Shown here piece by piece: positions 47,957 to 54,286 of a stretch of DNA of 54,286 nt; position 1 is the stretch's first letter, and each line of letters opens with the position of its first letter. Origin of the DNA: an uncultured Eubacteriales bacterium. GTDB taxonomy: Bacteria > Acidobacteriota > Aminicenantia > Aminicenantales > Aminicenantaceae. The stretch spans positions 1 through 54,286 of the forward strand of contig CAZLBV010000240.1 in the NCBI GenBank assembly GCA_964557845.1, given 5' to 3'. The notes beneath the pieces are model-generated. The model saw only the letters and a program-made list of their open reading frames with translations, was not told the origin of the DNA and ran no database searches. The position numbers were made by a program, and so were the translations under genes.

Positions 47957-49429
47957 ATGAGCAAAAAAGAAATATTCGTTTCCAGATGGGGCATTATTTT
48001 TGCTGGTTTAGGTATGGCGGTAGGAACCGGTAATCTATGGCGTTTTCCCAGGATCGTTTCCCAATACGGAGGCGGTTCCTTTATGCTGATATGGTTGATT
48101 TTCCTATTCATATGGGCGCTGCCAATTCTCATTATCGAAATGTCGATAGGCAAAAAGACCAGAAGGGGTGTCATTGGCTCCTTTACCCAATTAATGGGGA
48201 AAAAGTATTCCTGGATGGGAGCTTACGTGGCGTGGGTAACAGCTGCGATTACATTTTATTATACAGTAGTCACAGGATGGTGCCTCAAATATTTTTTTGC
48301 AACCTGCTGCCAAGGATTGATCAAGAAATCTCCGGTAGAATTTTGGAGTAACTTCTCCAGCTCCTGGGAACCGATTCTGTTTCATTTTTTTGCTATCGGA
48401 ATCGGCTGCTTCATTATTTATGCTGGTGTCGTCAAGGGGATTGAAAGAGCCAATAAAATTTTTATTCCATCCCTGTTTTTACTGCTTATAATCGCCGCTA
48501 TTCGCTCGGTCAGCCTGCCGGGGGCAATCAAAGGGCTTGATTTTCTTTTTGCGCCCAATTTTTCCCAGCTTGGTGAAATAAAAGTCTGGCTCAACGCCTT
48601 AAGCCAAGCAGCATGGTCAACCGGTGCAGGCTGGGGATTAATGCTGACATACTCTATCTATTCCCACGAAAAAGAAAATCCCAGCTTAACTTCATCTACC
48701 CTTGGGTTCGGTGATTATGTCGCCTCTCTTTTTGCAGCTATTACAGTTATTCCTACGGTTTTCGCCTATTTTGCCCTTCAGGCCAATGCCAAAGAACAAG
48801 TCATGAATGTAATCGAACAGGGAGATCGCGGCTTGACTTTCACTTGGATTCCTACCCTATTTTCAAAAATCCCTGCAGGAACATTCTTTTTAGCCATTTT
48901 TTTTCTTGCTCTTATTTTTGCCGCCCTGTCATCTTTGATCTCAATGCTTGAATTGATCACCAGAATTTTTATTGATGCAGGCCTTAAACGCAAAAAAGCC
49001 ATTTTTTTTGTCGGGTCTACCTGCTTTATTCTTGGTTTACCCTCGGCTATAAGTATGGGTTTTTTTGATAATCAAGATTGGGTTTGGGGAATGGGGCTTA
49101 TTATAAGCGGTTCATTTTTTCTGCTTATAGTTTTAAAAATAGGCCCTAAGAAATTTAGACAAGAGATCATGCCGGAAGTTACAGGCAAACTGAAACCCGG
49201 AAAAGGTTTTGACTTTCTGGTAAAATTTCTACTTCCTCTGCAGATCCTGGCCATGCTGGGATGGTGGTTTTGGGACAGCTATAAACAGAATCCGGATAAC
49301 TGGCTGAATCCATTTGCTCAATCTTCTGTGGGAACAGTCCTTTTCCAATGGGCCATAGCTATCCTTGTTTTTCTTTTCTTAAATAAATTCTTAACAAAAA
49401 GAGTGGAAGCTAATTACGATGTCGACTGA
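47957..49429 (+). CDS. NSS-family sodium-dependent transporter
   Basis: GMAVGTGNLWRFP, GGGSF, KGIE, AALSSLISM; about 12 TM helices. Confidence 0.92.
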   Translation: MSKKEIFVSRWGIIFAGLGMAVGTGNLWRFPRIVSQYGGGSFMLIWLIFLFIWALPILIIEMSIGKKTRRGVIGSFTQLMGKKYSWMGAYVAWVTAAITFYYTVVTGWCLKYFFATCCQGLIKKSPVEFWSNFSSSWEPILFHFFAIGIGCFIIYAGVVKGIERANKIFIPSLFLLLIIAAIRSVSLPGAIKGLDFLFAPNFSQLGEIKVWLNALSQAAWSTGAGWGLMLTYSIYSHEKENPSLTSSTLGFGDYVASLFAAITVIPTVFAYFALQANAKEQVMNVIEQGDRGLTFTWIPTLFSKIPAGTFFLAIFFLALIFAALSSLISMLELITRIFIDAGLKRKKAIFFVGSTCFILGLPSAISMGFFDNQDWVWGMGLIISGSFFLLIVLKIGPKKFRQEIMPEVTGKLKPGKGFDFLVKFLLPLQILAMLGWWFWDSYKQNPDNWLNPFAQSSVGTVLFQWAIAILVFLFLNKFLTKRVEANYDVD

Positions 49430-49514
49430 TGCACTGATATTCATGATTTTTATATTCGGTATCTGCATCGGAGGATTTTCCTTTAGTTTGTATTTATCCT
49501 CAAAAAATAAATAA
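49419..49514 (+). CDS. NSS transporter small subunit (31 aa), not in ORF track
   Basis: MSTDALIFMIFIFGICIGGFSFSLYLSSKNK*; M..A.IFM.....GG pattern of Corynebacterium MetPS-type small subunits; overlaps transporter stop. Confidence 0.75.
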   Translation: MSTDALIFMIFIFGICIGGFSFSLYLSSKNK

Positions 49515-49598
49515 TATACACCAACAAAATCCACTGATCACGATGCCTGAATAATCAAATTTATTATCCATTTTTTTGAATTCTGAATGAATCTTTCC

Positions 49599-49627
49599 TT
49601 GAATTTTGTTGTCATGTATTGTATTTT
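49599..49627 (+). promoter_or_regulatory. Putative promoter of the DUF507 pair
   Basis: TTGAAT-17 nt-TATTTT, 9 nt before an ATG that lacks an SD. Confidence 0.35.
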
Positions 49628-49636
49628 AGATAGATT

Positions 49637-49915
49637 ATGAGATTAAATAAAAACCAAATCGAACATATGGCTTTTGTCATAATTCGAAATCTTATAAAAG
49701 AAAAAAAAATTCTGACTGAGAACAGATCTAAACTCGTTGAAAAACTCGAAACTCTGCTTTTCGATGAATTCCAAAAAGAAGATAAACTCGATCAGGAAGT
49801 CAGGAACATTCTTAACCAACATATGGAAAAGATCAGAAAAGATAATATCGAATACCAGACCATGTTCAGGATGATAAAAACCAAATTAGCCAAAGAAAAA
49901 GGAATTGTATTATGA
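49637..49915 (+). CDS. DUF507 family protein
   Basis: MRL....I..MA...LDQEVR.IL...Y..MF..IK.KLA.EKG.VL. Confidence 0.82.
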   Translation: MRLNKNQIEHMAFVIIRNLIKEKKILTENRSKLVEKLETLLFDEFQKEDKLDQEVRNILNQHMEKIRKDNIEYQTMFRMIKTKLAKEKGIVL

Positions 49916-50199
49916 GCATACGGTTATCTCGAGAAAAGATCAATTACCTTTCTCGACAGATATTGAATACGCTCTTCAATGACAGTGATGTAGAATTCTT
50001 AGATGAATCGAATGAAATCAGATTGTGTATAGTTCATAGTATCGAAGAGGAAATGAAGCTCTACGAACTCATTGATAAAAAAGCTGTTGATAAAATTGAA
50101 TCCCAAAAAAAATCAATAAAAGAAGGCAGCCGGGAATGGGATATTCTGTATAGAAAATACTATAACGAAGAAATAGCAAAGCTTGGAAAGATATTTTAG
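49912..50199 (+). CDS. DUF507 family paralog
   Basis: RLSREKINYLS...EGSREWDILYRKYYNEE; ATGA overlap with upstream gene. Confidence 0.82.
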   Translation: MSIRLSREKINYLSRQILNTLFNDSDVEFLDESNEIRLCIVHSIEEEMKLYELIDKKAVDKIESQKKSIKEGSREWDILYRKYYNEEIAKLGKIF

Positions 50200-50201
50200 A
50201 T

Positions 50202-51080
50202 TTATTTTAGATCTGCTCTGTTAGTCAGAACAGCCTTTTTCCCCAAAAAATTTCTAAGCGCTTTTTTCCAGTTAGAAAACAAATCCAGTCCTATCCCCTT
50301 AGCTTTATGGTTTTCTAATACAGAATAATTGGGACGCACAGCTTTAGCTCCATATTCTTTGGATGTAACTGGTATTAATTCCGTCACATTCCCGGTTATA
50401 TCCAATATTTCTTGCGCAAACTCAAACCAGGTGCATTTCCCTTCATTAGTTAGATGATAGATTCCGAAATTGTCTGTCTGGATCAGCTTGCTTATGACAT
50501 ATGAAAGTTCTTCGGTTGAAGTTGGGGTAACAGTTTGATCATTGACTATTCTAAGCGGCTTTCCTTTCCCGGCTCCGGATAAGATAGCGTCGATAAAATT
50601 TGTCCCCTTCCCCCAGCATCCTGCCAATCCATACAATCCACAAGTTCGAATAAGAAAATACCTTTTACAAATATTCCGGACAAAATATTCACCTGCTAAT
50701 TTAGAGACTCCATAAACACTTAGCGGGTTGGGTAAATCTGATTCAATGTAGGGGCTCTTTTTCTCCCCATCAAAAACATAATCCGTGCTGAAATGAACCA
50801 GGGTTGAATTCAGCTGCCGGCAAATAAATGACAGGTTTCTGACTGCATGTGCATTCATATGAAAGGCTTCTTCCGGATTATCCTCACATTCATCAACTCG
50901 ATGGTAGCCGGATGTATTGATAATTATGTCAGGACGGATATCTGTCAACTTGGATTTTGCAGCCTCGGTGTCTTTGACATCAAACTGAGGATAATAAAGA
51001 GGAAAAAGTTTGAATTTATCCAGCCACGGCAATAAATCTGAACCTAATTGACCATCTGCACCTATAAGCACAATTTTCAT
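50202..51080 (-). CDS. rfbD: dTDP-4-dehydrorhamnose reductase
   Basis: GADGQLG, VD.CE, STDYVFDG, YGVSKLAGE, DQ..TPT, RP.YSVL. Confidence 0.92.
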   Translation of the reverse strand: MKIVLIGADGQLGSDLLPWLDKFKLFPLYYPQFDVKDTEAAKSKLTDIRPDIIINTSGYHRVDECEDNPEEAFHMNAHAVRNLSFICRQLNSTLVHFSTDYVFDGEKKSPYIESDLPNPLSVYGVSKLAGEYFVRNICKRYFLIRTCGLYGLAGCWGKGTNFIDAILSGAGKGKPLRIVNDQTVTPTSTEELSYVISKLIQTDNFGIYHLTNEGKCTWFEFAQEILDITGNVTELIPVTSKEYGAKAVRPNYSVLENHKAKGIGLDLFSNWKKALRNFLGKKAVLTNRADLK

Positions 51081-51124
51081 ATTCAGAAAACCACTCTCTT
51101 TGACTTGATATAATCAAATTGTTT

Positions 51125-51165
51125 AAAAAAAAAGCCGGGAGAGTTCTCTCTAATACTCTCCCGGC
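51125..51165 (-). terminator. Rho-independent terminator of the PKD protein gene
   Basis: 11-bp stem GCCGGGAGAGT/ACTCTCCCGGC followed on the minus strand by a 9-nt U tract. Confidence 0.85.
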
Positions 51166-51189
51166 CGGTATAGACAACTCGCTATTAGA

Positions 51190-52644
51190 TCAGAATAGCA
51201 TCCTGAAACCTAACATAACCTTATAATGTTTAGAGAAAGAACGGCCTTCTCCTAAGGGAGCATGGGTTTCGAAGAATAGTGAACCAGAATTGGAGTAATT
51301 CTCAAAGAGTTTGAATCCGAAATTACCGATCAAAACTGCATCGGCATTTCTTTCTTCTCTCACTTTGGTATCGAATCCTGCACCAGCACCAAAGAAAGCA
51401 GGGCCGGCATGAATGTTTAACAAGGCGTTCGCCATAAAGAAGGATTTCCAGGGAGATCCATCCAAGGTCAAGGCCCCTCCGCCAGAAATGATAAAATCGA
51501 GAGTATCGGGAACAATGTTATACAAAAGACCTAATCTTGCACCGACGAATTTCCCAGCACTTCCCCGGGCAAACAGCCACATTCCTTCAGCTAAGAAATA
51601 AGCACGTTTCTGTGTCACTTCCAATTCTACCATTGCAGGCTGTGAAACCGCACCAAAATCATCCGTGACTACAGCAGTAACAGTATAAATGCCGGCTGTT
51701 TTAAATATTTTTTCCCAAGCAAAGGGTTTCTCCGAATCAGTATAGGTATCGACGATGTTTCCTTCAGCATCCTTTATTTCAAAATCTGCTTTCACCACTT
51801 CACCATCGGGATCAGTCGAGTTGGAAGCATCAAAAGTGATCGGTCTTCCGACGTAATCTATACATGGCATGCATGATGTCCAGAGTTTACATATAGGCGG
51901 AAAATTGATGTAGGTGCTAGCCTCACATGGATTAGTAGAAACGACTCCTTCCATGTTATAAGCTTTCGCTTTAAACATATATTCACCAGGTGTATCAAGT
52001 TTGATCTGAAAAGAAGGCTCTTCTGGAGTAAGTTGCTTTGTGTCCATTATATTCCCTTCTGGATCTATAATATCGAACTCCATTGATTTTGCGTCTTTTG
52101 TACCACTCATATCTACGGTGATAGTATCATTAATATTTGCTTTAACAGGAGTCACAGTTATATCACAGGTGGCAGGAGGCACGGCTTCTTCAATTCCTAT
52201 CAGTGCAATATTGCCGCAAGGTTTCGGCATGATAAACTTATAGTTTTTGTAATCCTTATTTACAGTAAAAAGAAATGCAGGCAGAGCATCGTTTCCAGCC
52301 CATTCCAGATCTTCAACAACTTTTATCTTCCCCTGAGAACGAAAGAGCATCCACATGAATTTTTGTCCGATGGGGAGTTGAACTTCTTCAAATTCGGCGG
52401 CTCTTAACTGGTCCATAAAGGGAAAATAGAGATCACCATATCCTGCAAGATCGAATCCGTATTTAATATCAGCAGGATATGTCTCTACCAGCATCTTCAT
52501 GACTTCAGAAGTAGGAATATCCCCTTTTACCCGAACCAAAGGGTATTGTCCAACTTGACGCAGTTTTTTTGTTTCCGCAAAAGAATTTATACATAATAGA
52601 ACCGCTAGCCCCATGACTAATAATACTAATTTTCTTCTTCTCAT
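51190..52644 (-). CDS. Exported PKD/Ig-domain protein with a C-terminal beta-barrel
   Basis: AAAGGAGG SD before ATG 52644; signal peptide; FDASNSTDPDG...GIYTVT..VTDD.G PKD motif; terminal amphipathic strands ending LGFRMLF. Confidence 0.8.
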   Translation of the reverse strand: MRRRKLVLLVMGLAVLLCINSFAETKKLRQVGQYPLVRVKGDIPTSEVMKMLVETYPADIKYGFDLAGYGDLYFPFMDQLRAAEFEEVQLPIGQKFMWMLFRSQGKIKVVEDLEWAGNDALPAFLFTVNKDYKNYKFIMPKPCGNIALIGIEEAVPPATCDITVTPVKANINDTITVDMSGTKDAKSMEFDIIDPEGNIMDTKQLTPEEPSFQIKLDTPGEYMFKAKAYNMEGVVSTNPCEASTYINFPPICKLWTSCMPCIDYVGRPITFDASNSTDPDGEVVKADFEIKDAEGNIVDTYTDSEKPFAWEKIFKTAGIYTVTAVVTDDFGAVSQPAMVELEVTQKRAYFLAEGMWLFARGSAGKFVGARLGLLYNIVPDTLDFIISGGGALTLDGSPWKSFFMANALLNIHAGPAFFGAGAGFDTKVREERNADAVLIGNFGFKLFENYSNSGSLFFETHAPLGEGRSFSKHYKVMLGFRMLF

Positions 52645-52811
52645 ACTTCCTCCTTTAAGAAACAAAATTGAAATCAATATATATATATATTAATTAATTA
52701 TAAAAAATCTGTTTTGTCAAGTAAAAAAGGGAGTTACATGCATTAACTTCTACAAATTAAAAACTCTTTTTATTTATTTTTGGCATTAATTTTGTCGTTT
52801 TTCATAGCCAA

Positions 52812-53498
52812 TTATTTTAAAAATTCTTTCATTATCGTAAAAATATGTCTCGAATCCTTAGGAGATGAGTTTAATACTTTTTCAAATAATGGTTTCAAAT
52901 AACTTCCCTGCTCTATCAGTTTTTTTAGAAAAAATTTAGCTGCTCCAATATTTATTTCAGGGTGCGCCTGTATTCCCCATATAGGCTTATCCTGGTATTG
53001 AAAGGCATGGACATCACAAAATTCAGAAGCAGCTATTATGGAAAAATCATCATTCAAATTTATTACCTCATCGAAATGGATCGAGAACATATATGCCGTA
53101 TTATTATCTCCAAGAATTCCCTTGTTTGACTTTATCTCGAGGGGTATCCAGCCTACTTCTGGATGAGGGCTTCTACGAACAGATCCCGGGCCAGCCAAGG
53201 CTAAAGCCAGCAGCTGATGACCGTAACAGCTACCGAGTATTGACAACCCCCTTAAGATCGCTTCCTTTATCAATGTGATTTCCTGCTCGACCCATTTTTC
53301 CCGTTCAATGATAGATGCTTCGGAACCGGTAATTCTTATATGAGTATATCCGTGGTTTAAATCCGGGAACATGCCATTTTTTGCTCTAAAATCATACCAT
53401 TCTTCATCAAGATATGTACTCCAATGCTTAACCGGCATGTAGATGGAGGGATCAATGCTATTGTCGATGATAGCAATTTTAACTTGACTTTTTTTCAT
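52812..53498 (-). CDS. Stand-alone class I glutamine amidotransferase-like protein
   Basis: TGS, LGSCYGHQ, E.GW, H.DEV, IQAHPE. Confidence 0.88.
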   Translation of the reverse strand: MKKSQVKIAIIDNSIDPSIYMPVKHWSTYLDEEWYDFRAKNGMFPDLNHGYTHIRITGSEASIIEREKWVEQEITLIKEAILRGLSILGSCYGHQLLALALAGPGSVRRSPHPEVGWIPLEIKSNKGILGDNNTAYMFSIHFDEVINLNDDFSIIAASEFCDVHAFQYQDKPIWGIQAHPEINIGAAKFFLKKLIEQGSYLKPLFEKVLNSSPKDSRHIFTIMKEFLK

Positions 53499-53634
53499 TT
53501 TTCCCTATTTTCCTTATAGAGGAATAAAAGATTATAATTTTCGGAAATAAAAAATTCAAATTTTTTTAGGTGTTGACTAAACATCTGATCCTCTCTTTTC
53601 AGTTTATTTTTTTGTTTTTCTAAGGAGAATTAGA

Positions 53635-54030
53635 GTGCATAACGTAAAAAAGGAAATTGAACTTCAAGTCATCACACCCAACGAGCCTGGCATCTTAGGG
53701 CGAGTTCTGGGAACGTTAGCCAATGCATCTGTTAACCTAAAAGCCATGTGCGCTTTTTCTGATGAAAAAAAGGGCATATTCTATATACTCACTTCCGACT
53801 ATAAAAAAGCAGAGAAAGCTCTTTCTTCATTAGGATACGAAGTGAAGACCAATCCAGTTATTACAGTAAAAATTGATGATCGTATCGGAGCCGGAGCAGA
53901 AATCGGCGCACTACTGGGAAACGCCATTGTTGATATCAATTACTGTTACGGATCTTCTTCCGGCCTCGGAAAGGCGTTATTGGTCTTCAGCACCAACAAC
54001 CATCAGAGAACATTAGATGCACTTTCATGA
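53635..54030 (+). CDS. Tandem ACT-domain protein
   Basis: AAGGAG + GTG; NEPGILGRV...VNL and DRIGAGAEI...VDI.Y.Y repeats. Confidence 0.85.
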   Translation: MHNVKKEIELQVITPNEPGILGRVLGTLANASVNLKAMCAFSDEKKGIFYILTSDYKKAEKALSSLGYEVKTNPVITVKIDDRIGAGAEIGALLGNAIVDINYCYGSSSGLGKALLVFSTNNHQRTLDALS

Positions 54031-54286
54031 TATAAATATCCATCAACAGTTCAAAAATCTACAGATAACTTAAATTAAATCAAAAACCAATCAGTCTAAC
54101 CATCAAGAAACCTTAGGGAAAAATTTTGAAGCAAGCCATCCAGTTTAAATTAATGGGCTAGAAAGCTAACCTGAACTATTCATAAAAAATGCCGATGTAG
54201 CTATTAAACAATTTATTATCATGAAATTGGAATATTTTTCAAAAAACATTTTTTTCTTCAGGATGTGGTTTATAATGTTCATTTTA

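Noticed and set aside
52677-52702. (AT)n tract as a phase-variable repeat
   Set aside because: Short, and within a very AT-rich promoter region where it is expected by chance
1-54286. CRISPR array, IS element, prophage, rRNA/tRNA or altered genetic code
   Set aside because: No spaced direct repeats, transposase/integrase motifs or RNA gene signatures were seen by eye; TAA, TAG and TGA all end conserved genes at expected positions

Overview
Gene-dense, AT-rich (roughly 37-40% GC by eye) chromosomal window from an anaerobic diderm bacterium. The gene content resembles Acidobacteriota/Ca. Aminicenantia, which is an inference and not a database result. It carries a beta-CASP nuclease, a tandem secreted amidohydrolase pair, a partial complex I operon (nuoA-I, no nuoJ-N), two Thr-type sulfatase-like proteins converging on an lpdA-radical SAM-Twitch/SPASM operon, a TonB-type receptor, a FadF/HdrD-like oxidoreductase, ltaE, a PASTA-rpe-epimerase-bamD-barrel-S8 protease run, recN, miaB, a K+-dependent (probably Na+) pyrophosphatase, nusA-infB-DUF503-rbfA-nrnA-truB, an NSS transporter, a DUF507 pair, rfbD, a PKD/barrel protein, a glutamine amidotransferase and an ACT protein. 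Three small genes missing from the ORF track were found by hand (DUF3330-like, CD1871A-like CxxC, NSS small subunit). I saw no rRNA, tRNA, CRISPR array or transposase. The best candidate for an undescribed system is the 15.3-24.2 kb locus: a radical SAM enzyme with a non-canonical CX5CX2C motif and five tandem ~125-aa N-terminal domains, a stand-alone Twitch/SPASM protein, and two sulfatase-fold proteins with TxP[SA]H in place of [CS]xPxR. Other signals are a palindrome ATTGAWWTCAAT in three promoter regions, a structured intergenic element, a Shine-Dalgarno (SD)-led ATG-TAA, a probable CTG start, and strong GATC enrichment.
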